Virus record (IMG/VR): IMGVR_UViG_3300020352_000028
Coordinates: 1 to 28,496 of that record
Reading direction: 5' to 3' (one strand)
DNA: 28,496 nucleotides
Origin: a virus
Lineage: Duplodnaviria; Caudoviricetes
Shown one piece after another: positions 7,894 to 17,492 of this stretch (positions are counted from its first letter, which is position 1; every line of letters begins with the position of its first letter). The notes under the pieces are model-generated. The model saw only the letters and a program-made list of their open reading frames with translations, was not told the DNA's origin and ran no database searches. Position numbers and translations under genes: made by a program.

Positions 7894-9336
7894 ATGTCCC
7901 TTAAAAGACTCGGTAAACTCTTCGTCAGATATGGCGGTCCAACTGTTAAACAAGGACTGGATGTTGTAACGAACCCTAAGACATATCAAGGTCTTGCTAA
8001 AAATGTTGATGATGTTTTGCAGCGCAAGATACCACAAGCAGGTGTAAATATACAGAATGCACCAATGAGTTTACTTGGGAAAGTAAATGATATCTTTGAT
8101 ATGGCTCCTGGTAGTGCAAAAGAAGCTGCTAGAAACCAGCTGCAAAGAAATTTCAGAATGGCTGACCGTCTTTCACAAGGTGCTCCTGTGCCTAGAGGAG
8201 GGTTATCTTCTACTGGAGCGTTACAAGCACCTAGTGTGGGACCGCAAACATTACGGCGTACAGGTTTATCTCCAGGTTCAGCCACACCGCCTAGACCTAG
8301 TTTTAACGCACAGGATTTTAGAGATATTGGTGGACCACAACTAAGATCATCTTTGCGACCCAAGCCAACAGGTACTAAGCTTGCTGGTAACCTTTCACTT
8401 TTAAAACGCATTCCTAAATTAGGTACAGTAGGTGCTGTTGGTTCTGGTCTTTATGACCTTAAAGAAGAGTTAGATGCAGGAAGAACTCCTGTTGATGCAC
8501 TTGGACGTGTGGTTTTGGGCACCGCAGGTGGAATAATAGGTGGAGGAATTGGTACTGCAGCAGGTATAACGTCAGGCCCTGGGCTATTTGCGACTGGTCT
8601 GGCGGGTAGTGTAGCAGGATACGAAGCAGGAGCAGGTCTTTATGATTTCCTGAAAGGTGAAATGTACCCTGAGGTTCCAGCTGATATTATTGCAATAAGA
8701 GAAAGACGTTTAGCTAAAGAAGGCAATACAAACAAAGAGTCAAATAAAACAAAACAACCATCACCGATGTATGGAACAATTCCTTCATCAGTAAACACTA
8801 ATTTAGGAGCATATGATCCAGGTGTTACACTCCCTGGTGGACGCAGAAATACTGTTGAAGAAATTGTTTTAGATGATAATAGTCCTTTCGTTCCTACCCC
8901 TAACAACCTACCGTCTTCTCCTGAAGCACTCTTAGCTAATCCACTGCAGCAAAAGATGGCTGAATATGAACAGGGCAGAGCTAAGGCAACGACGCAAGAA
9001 GAGATGAATGCTGTTAGAGACATGGGAATGGCAATCTATCAAGCTGCTAATCCACAGATGTATGAAGAGTCTTATAACCCTCTGATGGCAGCTACCTTCC
9101 CTGAGCGTTATACCAAAACACCTGAAGATTTTATTGTTCAAGGAGGTATTCAATCACCAAGAGGTATGACAGAAAAAGATGCAGCAGAAGCCACTGCTTT
9201 TGGTAATAAGGTACAAGCTATTGAAGGATTAGATGTTGACCCCAGGTATAATCTTTTTGAAGCAGTGTCACGTGACCCTGTAAGTCAGTTTGAAGCAGCT
9301 AAGTTAGCAGCTGCCTATAAACTTATTAACCCCTGA
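7894..9336 (+). CDS. putative internal virion/DNA-ejection protein
   Basis: 480 aa with a basic N-terminus, a central glycine-zipper hydrophobic region and an acidic C-terminus. Precedes two cell-wall hydrolases. Confidence 0.5.
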   Translation: MSLKRLGKLFVRYGGPTVKQGLDVVTNPKTYQGLAKNVDDVLQRKIPQAGVNIQNAPMSLLGKVNDIFDMAPGSAKEAARNQLQRNFRMADRLSQGAPVPRGGLSSTGALQAPSVGPQTLRRTGLSPGSATPPRPSFNAQDFRDIGGPQLRSSLRPKPTGTKLAGNLSLLKRIPKLGTVGAVGSGLYDLKEELDAGRTPVDALGRVVLGTAGGIIGGGIGTAAGITSGPGLFATGLAGSVAGYEAGAGLYDFLKGEMYPEVPADIIAIRERRLAKEGNTNKESNKTKQPSPMYGTIPSSVNTNLGAYDPGVTLPGGRRNTVEEIVLDDNSPFVPTPNNLPSSPEALLANPLQQKMAEYEQGRAKATTQEEMNAVRDMGMAIYQAANPQMYEESYNPLMAATFPERYTKTPEDFIVQGGIQSPRGMTEKDAAEATAFGNKVQAIEGLDVDPRYNLFEAVSRDPVSQFEAAKLAAAYKLINP

Positions 9337-9383
9337 TTGTTTTGAATTTTCTTTGTGGTCTTTTATCAATTGTTACCTGTGTT

Positions 9384-10028
9384 ATGCCTAATACTCTAAA
9401 TAACAAAACAGTAGCAAACCTACTTAGGCAAGCAGGTTTTGATGAAGCAACTATCCCAAGGATGGTTAGTATTGCTAATGCAGAATCTAGTTTGAACCCA
9501 AGGGCACATAATCCCAATGCAGCAACTGGAGATAACAGCTATGGGTTGTTTCAAATTAATATGCTCGGTGGAATGGGAAATGAACGTAGAAAAAACTTGG
9601 GTTTAGAAAGTAATGAAGCTTTATTTGATCCTTTAACTAACGCTAGAGCTGCTAAAGCTATTTATGATCAGCAAGGTTTAGGTGCTTGGTCAGTACATCG
9701 TTCGGGTGCAGCAGACAAATTTACACCAACAGCAGAAGAAATCGGACCATCAATTATTAATCCAGATGGTTTTCTTGAAGGCTATAAGGGTAATGTGACA
9801 ACACAAATTCCTGATGGTTACTCAGGTGCTGTGACCGTTAATAATTATTATGGAGATGGCACTGAAACAAAACAGAAAAAGACTAAGGATCTTACATCAT
9901 CTTTACTGACTTCTTTAATTACGCAACAAAAGCAGAGTCAGATGGCTAGCCCACTAAAGCTAATAATGGAGCAGATGCTTAAAAAAGGCAGTGGAAAGCT
10001 CGATCCTCTTATGTTATTTAACCCTTAG
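9384..10028 (+). CDS. lytic transglycosylase (SLT/lysozyme-like) with a shared C-terminal tag
   Basis: IANAESSLNPRA (catalytic Glu), SYGLFQIN, LFDPLTNARAA and GLGAWS motifs. ATG 9384 preferred to TTG 9342. Confidence 0.85.
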   Translation: MPNTLNNKTVANLLRQAGFDEATIPRMVSIANAESSLNPRAHNPNAATGDNSYGLFQINMLGGMGNERRKNLGLESNEALFDPLTNARAAKAIYDQQGLGAWSVHRSGAADKFTPTAEEIGPSIINPDGFLEGYKGNVTTQIPDGYSGAVTVNNYYGDGTETKQKKTKDLTSSLLTSLITQQKQSQMASPLKLIMEQMLKKGSGKLDPLMLFNP

Positions 10029-10037
10029 AATAAAACA

Positions 10038-10760
10038 ATGACTTTCTATCGTCCTGTACAAATTGGTGTAACTGGTCCTAAGGGAAGAATGGGCGCAGGT
10101 ACGGGATACCACATTGATAGTAAGTATTCTTCTTCTCTTCCATGGGAAGATATTGTTGGTAGGTTTGATTCAAAGGCTAATCTGTACAGTCAACAGGGGC
10201 GCAATATTGTTTTCTCTAACCAAGGGATGGACTATGCCGCGTACAACCCTAAGGCTGAGATGGCAGCAAAAGTAGCCTTACTACAGAAAGCAGCCGGAGC
10301 ACATGCACCTAGAGAAGGCTTCCGTTCCTTTGATTACTTTGCGCCAAAGGGTACAGACGTTTGGGATAAGAGTGCAGAAGGTGCACCTATTTATTTAGCA
10401 GTAGAAGATGGTCGTGTACCGACTATTTCTCAAGCACCTGACTATGGTGTCTATGGTTCTGTCGCTGACCAACAAGGAAACGTGCTAGGTAAATCAGGGC
10501 ATGGAGATACAAAATATGCAGGACAGACATATGAAATGCCAGACGCAACAACTAGTCAAACCACTGGACCATTAACGATTAATAATTACTATTCAGGTGA
10601 AGGTAAAAAGAAAAAACAACAACCTAATTTAACTAACCAATTGTTTGCGTCTTTAATGCAACGAAAGCAAACGAAAGATCCGCTTACTGCTATGATGGAT
10701 AGTATGTTTGCATCTGGATCAGGTAAGTTAGATCCCTCTGCTCTTTATAATTTTCTCTGA
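10038..10760 (+). CDS. M23-like peptidase (apparently circularly permuted) with a shared C-terminal tag
   Basis: DYFAPKGT...GAPIYLAVEDGRV...DYG...GH resembles the M23 N-half. QIGVTG...GTGYHID at the N-terminus resembles the M23 C-terminal IG..G.TG.STGPHLH. Confidence 0.5.
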   Translation: MTFYRPVQIGVTGPKGRMGAGTGYHIDSKYSSSLPWEDIVGRFDSKANLYSQQGRNIVFSNQGMDYAAYNPKAEMAAKVALLQKAAGAHAPREGFRSFDYFAPKGTDVWDKSAEGAPIYLAVEDGRVPTISQAPDYGVYGSVADQQGNVLGKSGHGDTKYAGQTYEMPDATTSQTTGPLTINNYYSGEGKKKKQQPNLTNQLFASLMQRKQTKDPLTAMMDSMFASGSGKLDPSALYNFL

Positions 10761-11554
10761 TGACTGCTACTAATACCAACAAGCAACCAGTATTTGTTGA
10801 TCGTCCGCTCATTGCAAGAGCTAAAATCACTAATCAAATCGTTGGCACACCTAATGATTTAAATGTACAGGGTGGACAGAACCCTGCTTTAGTCGTTGAT
10901 ATGGATGCAAACCTCAGCTCTGATAATAACAGTGGAGGTATTATTGATGCTATTCGGATTGTAAGAGACAATTACTCAAATGTTTCTCAGCAAGACTATG
11001 TGATCAATGCGTCTACTTCAGGAGACAATATTAGTCTTGTTAGTGGACAGGTGGTTTATGTAGAAGATTCGACAGTATTAACACGAGTACCGGAAAGTGG
11101 TGTTGGTTACTATACCTTTACTGGTTCTGTTATTTATGAAGGACCTAATACAGGTATTACTTTTAGTGGCTTATCTACTGCTACTACATCAGGTTTTAGT
11201 TACAACTCCTTAGCGCAGACAACTCTTCCAATGGTAACGTTCGTTTGTTACCATACACGTGGCACGTCAGTACCTATCCCAGCAGATGGAGATTATACTG
11301 TTCTCTTCAGTAAAACTGTGCCCTTGAATTCCGGTAGTGTTGATTGCAGTGATGTGATGCCTGAACTGTTAGCTCCTATTCCAGCTGCTGGTAATACAGC
11401 TGGGTTAGGCCCCGCCACTCCATTGAAAGAACGTGGAATAAATCTTCAACGTGGTGATCGTCTTTACGTAGGTGTTCTCCAGCAGGGTGTCTACAACAAC
11501 ACCTCAGGTTATATTCCAGGTGCTCATGTGATTGCTCAAGGCGGTTACTATTGA
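10760..11554 (+). CDS. putative virion structural protein
   Basis: 264 aa, T/S/G/V-rich and beta-type. TGATG coupling to the upstream gene. Confidence 0.6.
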   Translation: MTATNTNKQPVFVDRPLIARAKITNQIVGTPNDLNVQGGQNPALVVDMDANLSSDNNSGGIIDAIRIVRDNYSNVSQQDYVINASTSGDNISLVSGQVVYVEDSTVLTRVPESGVGYYTFTGSVIYEGPNTGITFSGLSTATTSGFSYNSLAQTTLPMVTFVCYHTRGTSVPIPADGDYTVLFSKTVPLNSGSVDCSDVMPELLAPIPAAGNTAGLGPATPLKERGINLQRGDRLYVGVLQQGVYNNTSGYIPGAHVIAQGGYY

Positions 11555-11555
11555 G

Positions 11556-13247
11556 ATGACACGGAAAAGACCTGGAGGAAACTTTGGAAACTTTGGGTCT
11601 TCCTCGTTTAGTAAAGATGAAACCCCAAAGCTAAAGAAGTACAAAGTAAAGCCTGTACAGGGAGCTTTTGGTGGCAGTGTTCCAGACTCTCTTTATACGA
11701 GTAATAAAGAATCAGCCTGGGCAAGATGGAGAAGAGGATGGGAACTGGCTGCAGCCAATGGAGTCCTTCGTCCTTTCTTTTATGACTTTAAATATAAAAT
11801 CCCTGGAGACCAAGATACGATCATTGGTAATCGGTCACCTTTTTTAAGTGGCGCATTGCAAGGTTTTCTTACAGAAAATAGCGAATATGGAATGCACTGG
11901 GCAGGAAGAGTTAATGCAGGTAACTTACGTTTTGATAATTTAAAAGATCAATTTAACGTAAGGCTTGCAATATCAGGAGAAGTACCCTATGAAACACCTT
12001 TTCTTAGTAGTGGCCAAGACAACACAAACTTTTGGTATGTTCAACTAAGTGGTACTTTTGATGCAACAAATCCATTACCACCACCACTATTTGTTACGCT
12101 ACCGCTTGGTGATCAAATTAAACCAATTAAAGGCGATATTTTAGAAGATACAATTATTACTGTCTCTGGTGAGCCAGTAGATTCGGACACAAGAGATCCA
12201 GCAACAGCTAAACGTTATGGTTTTGTTCAAGCTGTTTTAACTGATTTAGATCAAAACCAAGGTATTTTAAAAGTAAGAAAATTAGGCTCAGTGCAATCTA
12301 CTATCGATGGTGTGCTTCAAACACCTTCAAGAATACCTTTTGAATCAGGTAGATTTCTTCAGACAGGTGCAAGATATGCTTGTAGTTGTCAAGATTTTAC
12401 ACGTCGCAACTATGCATATCTTTCTTCATTAGGTTTACGTACAGGTCAAAAATTTGCCCATAGCAAATGTGCAACTATAAAACCTGGACGTGAAGAAGAA
12501 ATGAAACTTCAAGGACAGATATTAAACGCAGCCCAAACTGAAATTTTGGATGGCGTAGTTAAAAATAGATTAATGACAATTGTTTACCCAAGTGGTGAAA
12601 CATTTGATTACCCTTTACCTGGTGTAACGTTCACAGAAACAGGAAAAGACATACGTAATCCAAATACTTTATATAGAGATTTTCCTGCTGTATTTCAAGA
12701 GTTTGGTAGTATTTACCAACGGGGTTTTGGTGATAAACCAAACCCTAGTGGTGTAGCGGAAGGAATGCCAAAATATGGAGACTACAAACAAAGCGGTCTT
12801 GCTATTACAGAAATATCTGATTTTTGGACTTATACCTTAGATCAATATCGTTACTGTAAACACATCTATGCAATGCGTTATGCGGACGGTGTATTCCCGA
12901 ATGAGCCATCAGATTTTCCAGTTGAAGTAGGTTTAATGTCAGAGTGGGAGGGAAGGCTTGTAGAAAAAACAAGGAATTCACAAACCAAAGCATTTGAAAA
13001 ATTAGCTTATTATGGGTTAGGTTATATGGATACACCGCCTTTCAATCTCCAATCACCAAGAATGACCCCAATGATTCAAAGACTAATCAATATCCCACAG
13101 GATTTTATTGATTTGCAAAACTTTTCCATGGTGGATAAAGATGGTAGTACTTATAATATTGCCTCTGGACAAGTTCCTACCAGTGCAGGGCAACCCAGTG
13201 GATTCCAAATCAGTAATTGGGATTTCCCGTCAGGTACTAATTACTAG
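11556..13247 (+). CDS. hypothetical protein with a SWIM-type zinc finger interrupted by a long insert
   Basis: YACSCQDF (12375-12398) and YCKHIYAM (12852-12875). ATG 11556 lies 1 nt after the upstream stop. Confidence 0.65.
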   Translation: MTRKRPGGNFGNFGSSSFSKDETPKLKKYKVKPVQGAFGGSVPDSLYTSNKESAWARWRRGWELAAANGVLRPFFYDFKYKIPGDQDTIIGNRSPFLSGALQGFLTENSEYGMHWAGRVNAGNLRFDNLKDQFNVRLAISGEVPYETPFLSSGQDNTNFWYVQLSGTFDATNPLPPPLFVTLPLGDQIKPIKGDILEDTIITVSGEPVDSDTRDPATAKRYGFVQAVLTDLDQNQGILKVRKLGSVQSTIDGVLQTPSRIPFESGRFLQTGARYACSCQDFTRRNYAYLSSLGLRTGQKFAHSKCATIKPGREEEMKLQGQILNAAQTEILDGVVKNRLMTIVYPSGETFDYPLPGVTFTETGKDIRNPNTLYRDFPAVFQEFGSIYQRGFGDKPNPSGVAEGMPKYGDYKQSGLAITEISDFWTYTLDQYRYCKHIYAMRYADGVFPNEPSDFPVEVGLMSEWEGRLVEKTRNSQTKAFEKLAYYGLGYMDTPPFNLQSPRMTPMIQRLINIPQDFIDLQNFSMVDKDGSTYNIASGQVPTSAGQPSGFQISNWDFPSGTNY

Positions 13248-13255
13248 GTAACATC

Positions 13256-13672
13256 ATGATCCATCGTCAGCTACCTTCTGATCAACGCATTGTAGATTTA
13301 GTCTTCTCAATTTCTGCAATGCCAAGGGCAAAGAAGTCGGCCTGGTTACTTTCAATGATTGCGACCTATGGTAAAACACCTAAACAATTAAAAGGTTTTA
13401 CCTGGAATAAAGACAATACAATTAATATACTTTCAAAGAAAAGACCTGTTCGCCCACTGCATCCTCAGTGGGTATTTTTATTTCAGCTCAAAGAAAAGCA
13501 ACCCTCTAATTTAGAAGGTTGCTGGGCAGCTATGACGAAAGATTTAAAAGACACAATAGATAAAGATACTTTATCTTTGTCTATTGAGCATCTACTTCTT
13601 TCTTATAAGGTCAGGAAGATTTGCTATGCACCACTCAAGCAACAGCTGTTGCATCTGACGCCATCTTATTAA
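13256..13672 (+). CDS. degenerate, truncated cyanobacterial-type tyrosine recombinase-like protein
   Basis: RQLPSD..I, W...MIATYG, PLHPQWV.LFQL and L..SY.VR match recalled cyanobacterial integrase blocks. Catalytic residues are absent. Confidence 0.6.
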   Translation: MIHRQLPSDQRIVDLVFSISAMPRAKKSAWLLSMIATYGKTPKQLKGFTWNKDNTINILSKKRPVRPLHPQWVFLFQLKEKQPSNLEGCWAAMTKDLKDTIDKDTLSLSIEHLLLSYKVRKICYAPLKQQLLHLTPSY

Positions 13673-13853
13673 GAACTGCTCGTACAGCAGGAAGGTTCCA
13701 ATAGTAGGTGTCTCTACAGCGCGTAGAAGGGCCTGCTCCATAGTGCTTGCCTAGCTTGAATATGCTTTTGTTGCACATTGCATTAAGCTCTTTACGGGGA
13801 ATGTCCAAGTCCTTAGCGGCCTTGTATGCTGGAACCCAGTTGGTAATAGCCAT
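13635..13853 (-). CDS. excisionase-like winged-helix DNA-binding protein
   Basis: 72 aa with WV.A.KAAKDLDI....L..M....F.LGKHY.....Y.WNL.AV, a small wHTH pattern. Has its own upstream promoter. Confidence 0.6.
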   Translation of the reverse strand: MAITNWVPAYKAAKDLDIPRKELNAMCNKSIFKLGKHYGAGPSTRCRDTYYWNLPAVRAVLNKMASDATAVA

Positions 13854-13877
13854 GTAGCTTAAGTTGCTTACCCATTA

Positions 13878-13905
13878 AAAATAAAGGGTTTTTCCCTAAT
13901 GTCAA
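13878..13905 (-). promoter_or_regulatory. sigma70-type promoter TTGACA-N16-TATTTT for the Xis-like gene
   Basis: On the - strand, TTGACA at 13905-13900 and TATTTT at 13883-13878, 24 nt before the ATG at 13853. Confidence 0.5.
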
Positions 13906-13983
13906 ATTCTTTACAGAATTTTCTCTTATTGTTAGGTTTCTTAAGGATAGGCAGTTTTAAACTGAGATAACGGCTAGATTGCT

Positions 13984-14355
13984 ATGTTCAAAACGGAGAA
14001 CGAACCTCTCGCACTCCTACTTGAATTACGGCCTAAACACGCAAAGAAACGCTTCCGAGACGAGATATATAAAGCCTGGAATCATAACTGTGCTTATTGT
14101 GGTAAGCCTGCAACAAGTCTTGATCATATTGTTCCACGGTTTAAATCAGGCTCTAGTAACTGTTACAACTTAGTCCCGGCGTGTAGAACATGCAATTCTA
14201 ATAAAGCATCAAGCCCTATGGAAGAATGGTATCAAAGCCAACCGTTCTTTGAAGAAGCTAGGTTAGCAGCAATTAAAAATTGGATGGACGATAAGATTGT
14301 TTACATATTAGATAATGAATTAGAATCGTTAGACATGATGTTTAAACCAGCATAG
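13984..14355 (+). CDS. HNH endonuclease
   Basis: CAYCG...LDHIVPRFKSGSSNCYNLVPACRTCNSNK: CxxC, DH, N and CxxCN motifs intact. Confidence 0.92.
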   Translation: MFKTENEPLALLLELRPKHAKKRFRDEIYKAWNHNCAYCGKPATSLDHIVPRFKSGSSNCYNLVPACRTCNSNKASSPMEEWYQSQPFFEEARLAAIKNWMDDKIVYILDNELESLDMMFKPA

Positions 14356-14358
14356 ATA

Positions 14359-17300
14359 ATGGCAAGACATAGCTTAGCCTGGCATGCACAAAATAAGGGG
14401 GCTGGCCCAAAGATGGGTCATAAATCTTGGGTATCAGCCTACAATGACGGCTACTCTAACGACGATATAATCAGATGGATTGATGGTGATAGCGGTAATC
14501 GTAAATCAACTGATTTGTATACCCAAGCAAAACAATTACAAAGAATAGCTGGATCAGTACCAGGTACAGTTGATCTACTTTATCTTCAAATACTTGGTAG
14601 ACCGTCAGACTCTGGAGGCCAAAGCAATTACATAAGAAATTTTGAAAAGCAATTTATAGAAGAAGGAAGGATGAATAATACTTGGTCCTCAGCAAAGAAA
14701 AAAAATAATGTCTACGATCAAATGCGCTCGGATTTAAGTAATAGTGGCGAAGGGCGCAACAAACAACAAGTTGCTAAAAATGCTTATCAAACGTTTCTAG
14801 GTAGAGCATGGACACCAGCGGATGGACAAAGCGCGTTAAAGCAAACCGCTAATACCATTATGAATAGTACAGAAGCAGTACAATTTAGGAACTCTTTAAA
14901 TTCTTATGGGCAAAAATATGGAGGTGGTACTACGGTTAATTACGATGCTTCTCAAGCAGAGGGCTATGTGGGAAATGGTTATGAGTTAGGTCTTGTAAAA
15001 AAGTGGAAAGAAGTAGGTAGGAATAGTAATCAAATTATTCCTTCGCAACAAATTGTAATTCTTGATCCAAAAACAAAAAAATTACAGTATACAAAATCAG
15101 CTACAAAACTATTAAGCAACCAAGCTAGAGTAACATACGATGGAATTATTAATGATTTCAATCGATCTTCAGGGGGTAATTACACAGCAGTAATGAGCAA
15201 AATCAACTCTTTAGATGATGTTGGTAAAAACCACTTTATAACTAAAGATAGGGGAAGTGTCGATTCATACTATAAAACACAAGTAATTAAGAAACCTTGG
15301 GATCCAAGTACTCAAGCAATAGCTCCCCCCACGGGGGGCTTTGATGCGACTTATTATTTAAGTAACAATGCAACTATAACAGAGCAATGGAACACAGCAA
15401 AAAATAATACAATAGCCGGTTATAGTATTCCTGACTTAGATATTACAGGTCGTTACACTAACCTTGATCTTTATGCAAATGCAGATTACAGCCAAAGAGT
15501 AAAAAGCGAACCTACCTTAAGAGCTAATGCTGTAATTAATATTGACACATACAGTGAAGCATACGAAGATCTACCTGATGCAATAAAAGCCACTTATCGT
15601 GATGATTTACTTGGCTTGACGTCTAAAGGAGCCAGCGGAAATCTGTCAATTGATTGGACAGATGGAGGCTCTGTTCTTGAAGATCAAGTTAATTTAAATT
15701 TTTCAGGAAGAGAACTTTTAGAACAAGATAAATTTGGTACGTTAACGCAAGACTCTTTAAAATTTGCTGCAGATGAATTAAAAAAACAACAACAAGCTAA
15801 TCAAAATTTAGACCTATATAAAAACATCCCTGGTTTTAATGAAATTTATTCTGCTAACGAGACGCTCGCTAATTCGATCTTAGGTGATAGTGGCATTGGG
15901 GGTTACTTAGCAATGCTTGGAAAGGATACAGAAGCAATACAAGAAAATTTAGAAGACCAATTTAGCGGCGTTACAGGAATCTCATCTAGTAACAGTACAA
16001 TCTTTAATTGGGAAAAATGGTACGAAGATAAATTAGTCAAACGATATGAAGACATGGAGAACGTCACAGTTGAATTTGAAGCTACCCTTTTAGACATTGA
16101 TAGAAGTACAGAAAGTGGGAAAAAGGCTTTTCAAATTCAACTTGAGCGAATGGGGATTAACCCTTTTAACAATCAAGGAAACTTAATCTCAAAGAAAAAT
16201 GCGTTAAAACAACTTGAAGAAAATAATTTTCAACGCACATATGAAATCGATGAAGCTTTTAGAACTAATTTTATAGATAAATATTTAAAGCCTAGATTTG
16301 ATACGTCCAGATCTATGGATGAATTTATTAGTTATATGGATGTACAAGAAAATGAACAAAATATTTTTCAAACTCAAAGTGCATTGGATAGCTTAAAGAC
16401 TTCTGCAAGCAATCAAGCAAAATTAAAACTTGATCAAATTAAAAGTGAATCAGGTGCTTTTGACTATGAGTTTTATTTTAAGCCTATTAAAGAAGAATAT
16501 GGTAAAAACTCAGCCAAAGAAGCAGTTTACGATAGGCAGGCAAGATTAGTACAAGAGGACTGGGATAAAGCGAAAGCCAATGGTAATTCAAGGCCCAGAG
16601 GACAAAAAGCTGATACACAAGGTACTAATTACACTTGGAATCAATGGGCATATTTTTATGGTGCTGATTTAAATGATCCAAATTCTTTTGCAAAATTACA
16701 TTATCAAGTAATCGGTGCAGCAGAAGGTTTTGATCCAGCGGACGATATCTTAACTAAAGAAGATGTTGATAGCTATATATTTGATACAGTTCTTCCTGCA
16801 TTAGATGAAGCAAAACTAGACCTGGGCAGTGCAACTTTTATGGATTTTGTTACGCCTGAGCAGTTTGCAGATGAAATACTGCGTGGTGTAGATCCACTAG
16901 AAAATGAAGAAGATTGGAAAAAAATCCTGGAAACGTACGGACTAGACGAAAATGCAGCAATTGATGAAGTACGTGGTTATGTTATTGAAGCTGTACGGAC
17001 TGGTGCTGCTAAAGATATACGAGAAGGCATTAAATATTTAAATGAGAAACGAAAAAAACCTACACAAGAAAAATTAGGTATCTCTTATATTGAAAGAGAA
17101 GAAGACGAAAAAGTAATAGAAGATGAAAATGCAAGTGAACTTTATAAGACATTTCAAAATGCAGGTTACTCAGGATCTGAAGATGAGTTTTTTGATACCT
17201 TTATGCCTGATGCAGATCGAGCTGATATAAGCTTTATCCAACGGGGATTAAGTGGTGACTTTAATTTAAAAGATATTTCTTCGGAGGATCCGTTTGAAAC

Positions 17301-17487
17301 TCTCGCTAATGTAGGTAGTTTTTTAGGAGATGAGGGCGGAAATATTTTTGGAGAAACAGAGAAAACAAAGGAAGACAAAGATGAAGAAAGCAATTATTTT
17401 AGTTTGTTTGATGATGACGATGACGAAGATTACGCCAGTGAAGCAGGACGTTCTATAATTGATGGATATACTGATTTCTTTAAATAA
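14359..17487 (+). CDS. large (1042 aa) hypothetical protein, probably virion-associated
   Basis: Long ORF with LY.QILGR..D..G..Y and AYQTFLGR repeats (DUF4214-like), an FDATYYL..N motif and a strongly acidic C-terminus. Confidence 0.7.
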   Translation: MARHSLAWHAQNKGAGPKMGHKSWVSAYNDGYSNDDIIRWIDGDSGNRKSTDLYTQAKQLQRIAGSVPGTVDLLYLQILGRPSDSGGQSNYIRNFEKQFIEEGRMNNTWSSAKKKNNVYDQMRSDLSNSGEGRNKQQVAKNAYQTFLGRAWTPADGQSALKQTANTIMNSTEAVQFRNSLNSYGQKYGGGTTVNYDASQAEGYVGNGYELGLVKKWKEVGRNSNQIIPSQQIVILDPKTKKLQYTKSATKLLSNQARVTYDGIINDFNRSSGGNYTAVMSKINSLDDVGKNHFITKDRGSVDSYYKTQVIKKPWDPSTQAIAPPTGGFDATYYLSNNATITEQWNTAKNNTIAGYSIPDLDITGRYTNLDLYANADYSQRVKSEPTLRANAVINIDTYSEAYEDLPDAIKATYRDDLLGLTSKGASGNLSIDWTDGGSVLEDQVNLNFSGRELLEQDKFGTLTQDSLKFAADELKKQQQANQNLDLYKNIPGFNEIYSANETLANSILGDSGIGGYLAMLGKDTEAIQENLEDQFSGVTGISSSNSTIFNWEKWYEDKLVKRYEDMENVTVEFEATLLDIDRSTESGKKAFQIQLERMGINPFNNQGNLISKKNALKQLEENNFQRTYEIDEAFRTNFIDKYLKPRFDTSRSMDEFISYMDVQENEQNIFQTQSALDSLKTSASNQAKLKLDQIKSESGAFDYEFYFKPIKEEYGKNSAKEAVYDRQARLVQEDWDKAKANGNSRPRGQKADTQGTNYTWNQWAYFYGADLNDPNSFAKLHYQVIGAAEGFDPADDILTKEDVDSYIFDTVLPALDEAKLDLGSATFMDFVTPEQFADEILRGVDPLENEEDWKKILETYGLDENAAIDEVRGYVIEAVRTGAAKDIREGIKYLNEKRKKPTQEKLGISYIEREEDEKVIEDENASELYKTFQNAGYSGSEDEFFDTFMPDADRADISFIQRGLSGDFNLKDISSEDPFETLANVGSFLGDEGGNIFGETEKTKEDKDEESNYFSLFDDDDDEDYASEAGRSIIDGYTDFFK

Positions 17488-17492
17488 TATAA

